DNA from: an uncultured Candidatus Rokubacteria bacterium
GTDB lineage: Bacteria; Methylomirabilota; Methylomirabilia; Rokubacteriales; CSP1-6
Reading direction: 5' to 3'
DNA: 64,000 nucleotides
Assembly (NCBI GenBank): GCA_963758635.1
Contig: CAVWWD010000008.1
Coordinates: 768,001 to 832,000 of the forward strand
In this document: positions 31,786 to 41,018 of the stretch, in pieces
Layout of the letters: every line of letters begins with the position of its first letter
Position numbering within the stretch: the stretch's first letter is position 1
Made by a program: the position numbers and the translations under genes
The notes under the pieces: model-generated
What the model was told of the DNA's origin: nothing
The model's input: the letters and a program-made list of their open reading frames with translations, nothing else
Database searches by the model: none

Positions 31786-34197
31786 TCACGCGGAGAGTGC
31801 CTGATCGCACGGCAGCTCGACATGAAGCGTCAGGCCCCTGGCGTCGTTCCGCGTGGCCCAGATGCGCCCGTCATGCGCCTCCACGATCGAGCGACTGATG
31901 GCCAGCCCCATCCCCAGCCCCTGCGGCTTCGTGCTGACGAAAGGCTCGAAGAGGCTCTCCAGCTCCGAGGGCTCGACCCCGACCCCGCTGTCACGGATCG
32001 CGAGGGCGATGCGCCCCGCCACCGTCTGCTTGGTGTCGATCCGGATCTCGCGCGTGCCGTCCGCGGCGAGGGCAATGGCCTCCGTCGCGTTGACGACGAG
32101 GTTCAGGACGACCTGTCGGAGTTGAACGGGATCTCCGGAAACGGGCGGCAGCGCCTCTCCGCGTGTGAAGCGCACGGCGATGCTCTTTCCCTGGATGTCG
32201 CCCCGGAGCAGGGCCAGCACGTCGTCGACCAGCGCATTGATGTCCACCGCGGCGCGCGCCGCCTGTTCCTTGCGGAACAGGGCGCGCAGCCGGTGTATCG
32301 TCTGCGAGGCGCGCTTGGCATCATCGGCGATGTCGATGAGCGCGTCCTCGAGCTCGCGTGGCTTCGCGGGCTCGATGGCCAGGAGTCGCCGCGCCGCGTC
32401 GGCATTCGCCACGATGCCCGCCAAGGGCTGATTGATCTCGTGGGCGATCGACACGGTCAGCTCGCCCAGCGTCGCAACGCGCAGCGCATGCGCGAGCTCG
32501 TCACGCTGGCGCTGCACCTCCTCCTCGGCCTGCCGCTGACGCTCCTCGCTCTCCCGCGCGGCGCTCTCGGCTCGGTGGCGCGCCAGGACGTTCGCGAAGA
32601 CGTCCGCGAGCAGCCGCAGCCGAGCCATGAGCTCGTCGGGCCACTCCCGCTCTCCGCGTAACCGGCTGAATGCGAGCGCTCCCACGACGGCCCCGTTCAC
32701 GACGAGAGGCACAGCGGCCACCGAGCGGACGCCGAGCTCGGCGAGGCTCCGGCGGTCGCGCGCGGCCTCCTCCGGGAGCTCGTCGAGGCGCGAGATCCTG
32801 ACCGGGTCGCCATGGGACAAGCGCCTCCCCATCCACGGCCAGCCGTGAGCGTCGAGGGGTATCGTGACGGGCATGAAGCCGGCGCGCGTCCACGAGTGCG
32901 TGACGCGCAAGGTATCCGTCCCCTTGGTCCGCTCGCCCAGCGTCGCCCGATCGAGGTCCAGCGCCTCGACGACTCGCTGCAGCATGCGCTGGATCCGCTC
33001 GTCGACCGAGGTCGAGGGCACGGTGAGAAACTCCGCGGACACCTCGGACATCAGCGTCTCGAACTGGAGACGCTGGGCGAGGATGCCCTGCGCGTGCTGG
33101 CGCTGAGCGCGGGCCACGAGCAGGCCGACGATGAGGGCGCTCTGCAGCACGAGCAGGCCCGCGCCGACCGCGATGTGCCACTTGTACCGGTCCCAGAGCG
33201 ACGGGGGCCGAAAGTGGATCACGCTGCCCGCGGGAAGCCGTGTCTCGGGGAGCCCCCAGCGCTGGAGCTGACGCCAATCGAAGAGGTCCCGGTAGGCTGC
33301 GGACTCAACCACGGGAATGCGCGCGGGAGGGTCGCCTCGGAGGATCCGCAGCCCGAGCTTCGCGGCGTGCTGGCCGTGCGCGTCGATGCTGTAGACATGG
33401 CCACCGACCGCTCCGGCTCCCACGTACTGATCCACCGACACGTAGACGGGAGCGTTGGCGAGGCCGGTGATCGCCGCGAGAGCCTGGTGGGGGATGAACG
33501 CGCGTCCCGCGCCGTCGGCGAAGATCGTCAGGTAGAGGACGACGCTGTGGGGCGGGAGGGTCGACAGCGTCTTCAGCAGCTCACCCATGGGCAGCGCGGT
33601 GAGATAGGTGATGGCGACGCGGTGCTCGAAGCGGGCAAGGTCGCGGCGTGCGATGGCCTGCAGCTGGCGGTCGAAGGTCGAGGTGCCGCCCACGACGAAG
33701 AGGGTGCGAGTGTCCGGCTGAAGCCCGAGCGCGGCCTCGACCGTCGGCGCGAACGTGCGCTTGAGCACCACCCCGGTGACGTTCTTGCCGAGCGTCCTCC
33801 CGCCGAGGTCGGATGGGTCGACTCCGCAGAAGACGATGGGGACCCCCGGAAACAACCCGGGCCCGTGCCGCAGCAGGAAGTCGAGGGAAGGCCCCATGAC
33901 CGCCACGATGAGGTCCAGGCGGGTGCCGGCATATTTCCGCCGGAAGGAGTCACGCAGCACCGCATCGTGCCCCGGGTCCGTGAACTGCGAGAGGCTCAGC
34001 GACTCGCTGTAGAACTCGACGTCGGTCTTGAGCTCCGACCGGAAGGTCTCGCGCAGGCTGCGATTGATCATGCCCAGGCCCGGGAAGTCCTTGTCCTCGT
34101 CGAACACGAGGAGCACATTCTTGCGGGTGTCGGCCGATGACAGGCCTGGCAGCAGCAGCAGAGTCAGGAGCGCGAGCGTGAGAGCTCGGACGGTCAG
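31786..34197 (-). CDS. Sensor histidine kinase (periplasmic binding-protein-like sensor, GAF, HisKA, HATPase); start uncertain
   Basis: Signal/TM at N-terminus; SIAHEINQPL, NLVVNA, DSGVG, FVSTKPQGLGMGL. Confidence 0.9.
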   Translation of the reverse strand: MTVRALTLALLTLLLLPGLSSADTRKNVLLVFDEDKDFPGLGMINRSLRETFRSELKTDVEFYSESLSLSQFTDPGHDAVLRDSFRRKYAGTRLDLIVAVMGPSLDFLLRHGPGLFPGVPIVFCGVDPSDLGGRTLGKNVTGVVLKRTFAPTVEAALGLQPDTRTLFVVGGTSTFDRQLQAIARRDLARFEHRVAITYLTALPMGELLKTLSTLPPHSVVLYLTIFADGAGRAFIPHQALAAITGLANAPVYVSVDQYVGAGAVGGHVYSIDAHGQHAAKLGLRILRGDPPARIPVVESAAYRDLFDWRQLQRWGLPETRLPAGSVIHFRPPSLWDRYKWHIAVGAGLLVLQSALIVGLLVARAQRQHAQGILAQRLQFETLMSEVSAEFLTVPSTSVDERIQRMLQRVVEALDLDRATLGERTKGTDTLRVTHSWTRAGFMPVTIPLDAHGWPWMGRRLSHGDPVRISRLDELPEEAARDRRSLAELGVRSVAAVPLVVNGAVVGALAFSRLRGEREWPDELMARLRLLADVFANVLARHRAESAARESEERQRQAEEEVQRQRDELAHALRVATLGELTVSIAHEINQPLAGIVANADAARRLLAIEPAKPRELEDALIDIADDAKRASQTIHRLRALFRKEQAARAAVDINALVDDVLALLRGDIQGKSIAVRFTRGEALPPVSGDPVQLRQVVLNLVVNATEAIALAADGTREIRIDTKQTVAGRIALAIRDSGVGVEPSELESLFEPFVSTKPQGLGMGLAISRSIVEAHDGRIWATRNDARGLTLHVELPCDQALSA

Positions 34198-34413
34198 GGC
34201 ACACCTCCCCAGCGCAGTCGCTGAAGCACGCCCACCGTAGGGGGCGGCCGGTCCAGTGTCAAGCGGGCGCAGGGCGCCGGCCTGGGGGCGTCGGGCACCG
34301 GTCCCACCCTTCGATGGGGTGCGCGAGGCGAGAGGAGGACGAGGGACGGGGACCGAGGGGGCCGCGGCGACTATACTACTGGCGCTTCTACACCCGACCG
34401 CCAGGAGGAGACC

Positions 34414-35391
34414 GTGGCCAAGATCATCACGCCGCCTCAGCCGGCCCCCGTCATGGAGATCGCGCGCGAGCTGCTGCCCCCGGGCATGGAGCTCGTCGTG
34501 GCCGACCCGAGCAAGCCGGAGTTCTACGATGCCGTCGGCGACGCCGACTACTACCTGGGCTCGCCCCGCCAGGGCATCGGCAACGAGTTCTTCCGCGCCG
34601 CGCCCCGGCTCAAGCTGGTGCAGCTGACGAGCGCGGGCTACGACCGCGTGGACGTCGAGGCGGCCCGCAAGGCGGGGGTGCCGGTGGCCAACAACGGCGG
34701 CGCCAACTCCGTGGCGGTGGCCGAGCACGCCGTCATGCTGATGCTCGCCGTGCTCAAGCGGCTCGTCCGCAACCACATCGACGTCGTGGCGGGCAAGTGG
34801 CGCACCGCGGAGTTCGCGGCCACGCGCCTGTACGAGGTCGAGGGCAAGCGCCTGGGGATCGTCGGCCTCGGCAACATCGGCAAGAAGGTGGCCCGCCGCG
34901 TCCAGGGCTTCGACATGGACGTGCGCTACTACAACGTCCTCCGCCTGACCGAGGACCAGGAGGACGCCCTGGGCGTGCGCTACGCCCTCTTCGCGGAGCT
35001 GCTCCGCACGTCGGACATCGTCACGCTGCACGTGCCCCTCAACGACGTGACGCGCAAGATGATGTCGACGAAGCAGTTCGCGATGATGAAGCCCACCGCG
35101 ATCCTCATCAACACCTGCCGCGGGCCGGTGGTGGACGAGGATGCCCTCCATCACGCGCTCACGTCGAAGACGATCGCCGCGGCGGGCCTCAACGTCATGG
35201 TCGAGGAGCCGCCCAAGCCGAGCCACCCGCTCTTCTCGCTCCCGAACGTGACCCTCACGCCCCACAGCGCGGGACCCACGTGGGACAACTGGACGAAGGC
35301 GTACCGGAACGGCTTCGACAACATCCAGCGCGTCGAGGACGGCGGGGCACCGCTCTGGGTGGTCCCCGAGCTGCGCAGCCTGCTCGCCTGA
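34414..35391 (+). CDS. D-2-hydroxyacid dehydrogenase family protein
   Basis: GLGNIG, LHVPL, INTCRG, TPHSAG. Confidence 0.92.
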   Translation: MAKIITPPQPAPVMEIARELLPPGMELVVADPSKPEFYDAVGDADYYLGSPRQGIGNEFFRAAPRLKLVQLTSAGYDRVDVEAARKAGVPVANNGGANSVAVAEHAVMLMLAVLKRLVRNHIDVVAGKWRTAEFAATRLYEVEGKRLGIVGLGNIGKKVARRVQGFDMDVRYYNVLRLTEDQEDALGVRYALFAELLRTSDIVTLHVPLNDVTRKMMSTKQFAMMKPTAILINTCRGPVVDEDALHHALTSKTIAAAGLNVMVEEPPKPSHPLFSLPNVTLTPHSAGPTWDNWTKAYRNGFDNIQRVEDGGAPLWVVPELRSLLA

Positions 35392-35392
35392 T

Positions 35393-35469
35393 GAGCCCCG
35401 CGCATCAAGACGAATGCCGAGCGGTGGGACTGTAGAGGCCCGTGGCGGTTACCGCATTCTGCGAGGGTC
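35393..35469 (+). repeat. Repeat family R1, copy 2
   Basis: GAGCCCCGCGCATCAAGACGAATGCCGAGCGGTGGGACTGTAGAGGCCCGTGGCGGTTACCGCATTCTGCGAGGGTC. Confidence 0.9.
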
Positions 35470-35611
35470 ATTAGCAGGCTGCTGCCGGCTTCGCGTACAA
35501 TCGCGGGCGCGTGGACCTTCCGGACGGGAAGGTCGCGCGGCGGCGCGAATCGGCTGATCACGGGCGCGGTCCGTCCCCCGCGTGCGACGGGCTGACGCGA
35601 AGGAGGATCTC

Positions 35612-36037
35612 ATGGCAATCCAGACGCAGGAGCAGCGGGTACGGCCGACCACGGGCACCCACGTGGTGCGCGTCCAGCACGAGGGCCTCGTTACCGCCGA
35701 CGCCGAGCGGTCGAAGGACTTCTACTGCCGCGTGTTCGGCTGGCAGGTGCTGGACCGCCCGGCGTTCAAGGTCGGGGGGTACTGGATCGGGACGCCGGGC
35801 ATCTTCCCGCAGATCCACATCATCCAGTCCGACCAGGTGCCGCCGGGGCCGGGCGCGCCGATCCTCCCGATCGTCCGGCACACCGCCTTCGAGGTGGCCG
35901 ACTACGCCGCGATGAAGGCCACGCTCGAGCGGGAAGGCATCCCATACGTCGAGAACACCCAGCCCGGCGGACGCGTGCAGATGCTCTGCAACGATCCCGA
36001 CGGCAACACGCTGGAGTTCCAGCCCGCCACCGTCTGA
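35612..36037 (+). CDS. VOC/glyoxalase family protein
   Basis: AGGAGG RBS; SKDFYCRVFG, HTAFEV, DPDGNTLEF. Confidence 0.88.
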   Translation: MAIQTQEQRVRPTTGTHVVRVQHEGLVTADAERSKDFYCRVFGWQVLDRPAFKVGGYWIGTPGIFPQIHIIQSDQVPPGPGAPILPIVRHTAFEVADYAAMKATLEREGIPYVENTQPGGRVQMLCNDPDGNTLEFQPATV

Positions 36038-36054
36038 TCCCGGACTCGACGCCC

Positions 36055-38424
36055 ATGTCCTTCCTCGAGTCGCGGAGCCACTCCGCGCGCGAGGGCTTCG
36101 GCAAGCCCGTGCTGCGCAAGGAGGACGGGCGCCTCCTCACGGGCGGGGGCGCGTACAGCGACGACCTCAACGTGCCCGGCCAGGCCTACGCGTGCTTCGT
36201 GCGGTCGCCGCACGCGCACGCGCGCATCGGGCGCATCGACACCGCCGCCGCCCTCGCCGTTGTCGGCGTGATCGCGGTCCTGACCGGGCGGGACGCCGTC
36301 GCGGACGGCATGAAGCCGGTCACGCACAGCCCGATGCCCGGCAATCCCTACGAAGAGATCGTCCGCGACCGCGACGTGGCCTTCGTCCCGCCTCACCCGC
36401 CGATGCCCGCGGATCGCGTGCGCTTCGCCGGTGGCGTGGTCGCCATGGTGGTGGCGGAAACGCCGGCGGCGGCGCGTGACGGCGCCGAGCGCGTCGACGT
36501 GGACTGGACACCGCTTCCCGCGGTGACGGGAAGCCTCGCCGCGGCGGGCGCGGAGGCGCCGGTGCTCTACGACGAGAGCGCGTCGAACGTGTGCGTGGAC
36601 GTCGAGGCGGGCGACCGCGAGGCCGTCGACCGCGCGTTCGCCCGCGCCGCTCACGTGGTGCGCCTGGACACGTGGGTCCAGCGCGTCACCGGCGTGCCGA
36701 TGGAGCCGCGCGCCGCGGTGGGGGAGTGGGACGGCCAGAGCCAGCGCTACACCGTGCACGCCGGCGCGGGCGGGCTCGGCCGGACGCGCACGGGCGTCGC
36801 CGGCGCCCTCGGTGTGGCCGAGAGCGAGGTGCGGGTCACCGCGGGCGACGTGGGCGGCAACTTCGGCACGCGCAACAGCTGCTACCCGGAGTTCGTGCTA
36901 GTCGCGTGGGCGGCCCGGCGCCTCGGCCGGCCCGTGAAGTGGACGGCCGACCGCAACGAGGCGTTTCTCGCCGACTACCAGGGCCGGGACCTCGCCGTTC
37001 AGGCCGAGCTGGCGCTGGACGCCGCGGGCAACTTCCTGGGCCTGCGCGGCGCGAACACCAGCAACGTCGGCGCGCACGCCGTCTCCTTCCACCCGCTGAA
37101 CAAGGGCATGGCCCTCACGGGCACCGTGTATCGCATCCCGGCGGTGGCGGTGCGCGGCCGCGCCGTGGCCACCAACACCTCGCCGACCACGCCGTACCGG
37201 AGCGCGGGACGACCCGAGGTCATGTTCGTGATGGAGCGGCTGATCGACCTGGCCGCGCGGCGACACGGCTTCGACCGGCTCGAGGTCCGACGCCGGAACC
37301 TGGTGCCGGCGAGCGCGATGCCGTACCGGAACGCGATGGGCACGGTCTACGACAGCGGCGACTACGTGGCCGCGCTGGACCGGGCCGCGGAGCTGGCCGA
37401 CTGGTCCGGCTTCGAGGCGCGCCGCGCCGAGGCGCGCCGGCGGGGCGCGCGCCGCGGCATCGGCGTGGCCAGCTACATCGAGCTGAACACCGGTTTTCCG
37501 CGGGAGCGCGCGCACCTCACGGTGCGCCCGGAGGGCCGGGTGGACCTCGTCCTGGGCACGCTCTCGTCCGGGCAGGGACATGCCACGAGCTTCGGCCAGC
37601 TCGTCGTGGAGTGGCTCGGCGTGGACCTCGCGCAGGTGAACCTCGTCACCGGCGACACCGACGTCACGGTGGTGGGCGGCGGCGCGCACTCGGCGCGGGC
37701 CCTCCGGCTCGCCGCGGTCGTGATGGCCAAGGCCTCGGACCAGATCGTGGACAAGGGCCGCCGGATCGCCGCGTGGCTCCTCGAGGCGGCGCCCGGCGAC
37801 GTCGAGTTCGCGGCCCGCCGGTTCACGGTGAAGGGCACCGACCGGGGCGTGGACCTCTTCGAGGCCGCGGCGGCGGCGCTGCGGGCCGACGCGCCCCCGG
37901 ACTGCCGCGGCCCGCTCGACGGCACCAGCGACGAGACCATGCCGCAGCCGTCGTTCCCCTACGGCGCCGCGGTGTGCGAGGTCGAGGTCGACCCCGAGAC
38001 CGGACACGTGGAGGTGGCGCGCTACACCACCGTGGACGATTGCGGCCGCGCCGTGAACCCCATGATCCTGCACGGCCAGACGCACGGCGGCATCGCGCAG
38101 GGCGTGGGCCAGGCCCTCTGGGAGTCGTGCGCGTACGACGCGGCCACCGGCCAGCTCCTGTCGTCCACGATGATGGACTACACGATGCCGCGCGCCGACA
38201 TGCTGCCGATGTTCACGACGGAGATCAGCGAGGTCCCCTCGACCGCGCACCCCCTCGGGCTGCGCGGGGGCGGGGAGGGCGGCACGACGCCGGCGCTCGG
38301 CGCGGTGGTGAACGCCGTGGTTGACGCGCTGGCCGACCTCGGCGTGGAGCACATCGAGATGCCCGTCACCGCCGAGCGCGTGTGGCAGGCGATCCAGGAC
38401 GCCCGGCGACGGTCGGGCTCGTGA
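36055..38424 (+). CDS. Xanthine dehydrogenase family molybdopterin-binding large subunit (CoxL form II-like)
   Basis: RKEDGRLLTG, RSPHAHARI, DVGGNFG, PYRSAGRPE, GQGH, GQTHGGIAQG, GGEGG. Confidence 0.92.
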   Translation: MSFLESRSHSAREGFGKPVLRKEDGRLLTGGGAYSDDLNVPGQAYACFVRSPHAHARIGRIDTAAALAVVGVIAVLTGRDAVADGMKPVTHSPMPGNPYEEIVRDRDVAFVPPHPPMPADRVRFAGGVVAMVVAETPAAARDGAERVDVDWTPLPAVTGSLAAAGAEAPVLYDESASNVCVDVEAGDREAVDRAFARAAHVVRLDTWVQRVTGVPMEPRAAVGEWDGQSQRYTVHAGAGGLGRTRTGVAGALGVAESEVRVTAGDVGGNFGTRNSCYPEFVLVAWAARRLGRPVKWTADRNEAFLADYQGRDLAVQAELALDAAGNFLGLRGANTSNVGAHAVSFHPLNKGMALTGTVYRIPAVAVRGRAVATNTSPTTPYRSAGRPEVMFVMERLIDLAARRHGFDRLEVRRRNLVPASAMPYRNAMGTVYDSGDYVAALDRAAELADWSGFEARRAEARRRGARRGIGVASYIELNTGFPRERAHLTVRPEGRVDLVLGTLSSGQGHATSFGQLVVEWLGVDLAQVNLVTGDTDVTVVGGGAHSARALRLAAVVMAKASDQIVDKGRRIAAWLLEAAPGDVEFAARRFTVKGTDRGVDLFEAAAAALRADAPPDCRGPLDGTSDETMPQPSFPYGAAVCEVEVDPETGHVEVARYTTVDDCGRAVNPMILHGQTHGGIAQGVGQALWESCAYDAATGQLLSSTMMDYTMPRADMLPMFTTEISEVPSTAHPLGLRGGGEGGTTPALGAVVNAVVDALADLGVEHIEMPVTAERVWQAIQDARRRSGS

Positions 38425-38496
38425 GCCTCGCGCATCAGACAATGCCGAGCGGTGGGACTATAGGGGCCCGTGGCGTTACCGTATTCTGCGAGGGTC
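38423..38496 (+). repeat. Repeat family R1, copy 3
   Basis: GAGCCTCGCGCATCAGACAATGCCGAGCGGTGGGACTATAGGGGCCCGTGGCGTTACCGTATTCTGCGAGGGTC; overlaps the upstream stop codon. Confidence 0.9.
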
Positions 38497-38536
38497 ACTA
38501 GAGCCCGGACGACCGGGCAGCGACGGAGGACGCGAG

Positions 38537-39071
38537 ATGCCGGGAAAGGTCCGCCGCATCGTGACCGGCGTGAACGAGCGCGGGCGCTCGTACATCGTCT
38601 CCGACCGCGCGTTTCCCGCCGGCGACGTCGCCCCCGGCCAGGCGGTGCGCGTCGGCCTCTGGGCCACGGGGGCGGCGCCGGCCTCGAACGAGGGCACGGA
38701 CGACCCCGTGCCGGACGGGGTGATCCTGAAGACGCCGCCGGCGGCGCGGGGCGGCAGCGTGATCCGGATCACCGACATCGCCCCCGACAGCCAGCGGGCG
38801 TACGACGCCGACGAGCTGCGCCGGCGCGGCTGCAAGACGACGCCCGACCGCTCGGCGCGCCACCCCGGCTTCCACGCCACCGACACCGTGGACTACGCGA
38901 TCTGCCTGGAGGGAGAGGTGTGGGCGGTGCTGGACGAGGCCGAGACGCTCATGCGTCCGGGCGACGTGCTGATCCAGCGCGGCACCCATCACGCGTGGTC
39001 GAATCGCACCGATCGCGTCGCCCGGATGGCTCTTCATCCTGATCGACGCCGAGCCGCTCCCCAACCACTGA
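38537..39071 (+). CDS. Cupin domain protein (frameshift at ~39032)
   Basis: VRRIVTG, HATDTVDY, GDVLIQRGTHHAWSN; true end FILIDAEPLPNH* lies in the shifted frame. Confidence 0.85.
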
Positions 39072-39085
39072 AGGAGGCCCCGCCG

Positions 39086-39994
39086 TTGTCCATTCCGCTC
39101 GGGATGTCGCTGCCCCACCGATCGCCCGACGCCATCGACCCCGACGAGGTGCGCCGCGTGGCGGAACGCTCCGAGGCGCTCGGGTTCAAGGACCTCTGGG
39201 TGACCGAGAACACGCTCGATCACGTGACCAGCTTCGACCCGGCGGTGATCCTGACCTACGCCGCGGCGGTGACCACGTCGATCCGCCTGGGCGTCTCCGT
39301 GGTGGTCCTGCCCGTCCGCCATCCGATCCACGTGGCCCACCAGGTCGCCACGCTCGACTACGTGAGCCGCGGCCGGGCCATCCTCGGCGTGGGCATCGGG
39401 CGGCCCGACCACTACGCCCACTTCCAGGTGTCGCCCGAGCACCGGGTGCGCGCCTTGCGCGAGGGCGTCGAGCTGATCAAGGCGTTCTGGACCTCGCCCG
39501 CGGTGAAGTACCAGGGACGCGTCTACCGGATCGACGACGGCGCCATGGCCCTCCGGCCCGTCCAGAAGCCCCGCCCGCCCATCTGGCTCGGCGGCGGGCA
39601 TCCCGACGCCGTCCGGCGCGCCGTGGCCATCGCGGACGGCTGGATGGGCGCGGGAGGATCGACCCGGGCCTCGTTCGCGGCGAGCGTGCCCCTCCTGCGC
39701 GAGGAGCTCGAGAAGGCGAGACGTGATCCCGCGGGATTTCCCATCTCCAAGCGCGTGTTCCTCTCCGTCCACGAGCGCGCGGACGTGGCCCGAGCGGAGC
39801 TCCACCGCTGGTTCACCACGGTGTACAGGAACCCCGACGGCGCCGACACCGCCGGCGTCCACGGCACGCCCGAGCAGGTGCGCGAGCGGCTCCAGGACCT
39901 GATCGCGCTCGGCGCCAACCATCTGCTCCTGAACCCGGTCAGCCGCTACGCCGAGCACGTCGAAGCCCTGGCCGCCGTGATGCGCCCGTCCTGA
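39086..39994 (+). CDS. LLM family oxidoreductase
   Basis: AAGGAGG RBS + TTG; VATLDYVSRGR, PPIWLGG, GTPEQV. Confidence 0.88.
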   Translation: MSIPLGMSLPHRSPDAIDPDEVRRVAERSEALGFKDLWVTENTLDHVTSFDPAVILTYAAAVTTSIRLGVSVVVLPVRHPIHVAHQVATLDYVSRGRAILGVGIGRPDHYAHFQVSPEHRVRALREGVELIKAFWTSPAVKYQGRVYRIDDGAMALRPVQKPRPPIWLGGGHPDAVRRAVAIADGWMGAGGSTRASFAASVPLLREELEKARRDPAGFPISKRVFLSVHERADVARAELHRWFTTVYRNPDGADTAGVHGTPEQVRERLQDLIALGANHLLLNPVSRYAEHVEALAAVMRPS

Positions 39995-40020
39995 CCGAAC
40001 CCGACAAGGGGAGGCACAGC

Positions 40021-40377
40021 ATGTCATTCGCGCTCAATCACGTGCACCTGAAGACGCGCGACCCGAAGCAGACGGCCCAGTTCTACGTGGACAACTTCGG
40101 CGCGACCCTGGTCGGCGAGATCGGCACCCGCGGCTGGCGCGTGAACCTGCACGGGCTCACGCTGAACATCACGACGATCATCGACTCCCAGCGGCGCGAG
40201 CAGCACTACGGGGTGGAGCACCTCGCGCTCGACACGGACGACTACACGGGGACGCTGGCTCGCCTCCGGGCCAACGGCGTGCGCGTCCTCGAGGAGATGC
40301 CGCCGGTCAACGGCCGTCGCGTGTGCTTCCTCGAGGCGCCCGACGGCGCCCAGGTCGAGGTGATCGAGAAGGTCTAG
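40021..40377 (+). CDS. VOC/glyoxalase family protein
   Basis: LNHVHL, HLAL, FLEAPDGAQVEVIE. Confidence 0.88.
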   Translation: MSFALNHVHLKTRDPKQTAQFYVDNFGATLVGEIGTRGWRVNLHGLTLNITTIIDSQRREQHYGVEHLALDTDDYTGTLARLRANGVRVLEEMPPVNGRRVCFLEAPDGAQVEVIEKV

Positions 40378-40401
40378 CGACGCGCGCGTTGCCTCTGGCG
40401 G

Positions 40402-40990
40402 TCAGGCGCGCTCGGGCGGGGCGGCGGGGAGGCACTCAGGGGTCGTCGGGACCACGCCGCACGCGTGCGCTGCCCCGCTGGGACTGGGCTCCATCCGGGC
40501 GCGCGGGGTCCGATGACCGTTGGAGGGGAAGGGCCGCCGCGACCCCTGGTGCCTCCCCACCGCCCACCCGGCGACCGGCTGATGCCGCCGGCGCGGCTAA
40601 CCAGCGTACCCAAGTCAGCGCGACACCCGGGTCAGGTCTTGAATTGCGACATCGCCTTCCGGGCGGCGCGAAGTGATCGGCCGATGCCCCGGCGAGGTGC
40701 TGCATTTCAAGACCTGACCCGGATGTTGCCGGAGGAGACTCGCGGCCGTGCCCGTCGACGGATCGTCGGAGCAAGACGCTCCTCAGTGGATCGTGGTGGC
40801 ACGTGAGCGACATCAGCGGGTTGCCGGGTGGGCGGTGGGGAGGCACCAGGGGTCGAGGGGCCCTTCCCCTCCAACGGTCATCGGACCCCGCGCGCCCGGA
40901 TGGAGCCCAGTTCCAGCGGGGCAGCGCACGCGTGCGGCGTGGCCCCGCGGCCCCTGGTGCCTCCCCGCCGCCCTGCCCGAGCGCGCCTGA
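40402..40990. repeat. ~185-bp inverted repeat pair (40402-40588 / 40807-40990), each arm itself a hairpin (family R2)
   Basis: Arms align by eye with only scattered differences; each is bounded by GGGGAGGCAC(T)CAGGGG..CCCCTGGTGCCTCCCC. Confidence 0.92.
40627..40722. repeat. REP-like inverted doublet, family R3, copy 1
   Basis: CCGGGTCAGGTCTTGAATTGC...GCATTTCAAGACCTGACCCGG. Confidence 0.85.
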
Positions 40991-41018
40991 TGACGGTCGT
41001 CGGGAAGGGGGGCCGCGC

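Noticed and set aside
34198..35265. N-terminal ~350-aa extension of the histidine kinase in the ORF track
   Set aside because: It is antisense to the 2-hydroxyacid dehydrogenase; the signal peptide indicates a start near 34197.
36055..38424. Bona fide aerobic CO dehydrogenase (form I CoxL)
   Set aside because: The active-site loop is PYRSAGR (PYRGVAR in the gene at 61704), not AYxCSFR, and no coxMS genes are adjacent to this copy.
38321..39994. 557-aa cupin-LLM fusion
   Set aside because: One extra base near 39032 hides the cupin stop at 39071; the LLM has its own AAGGAGG RBS.
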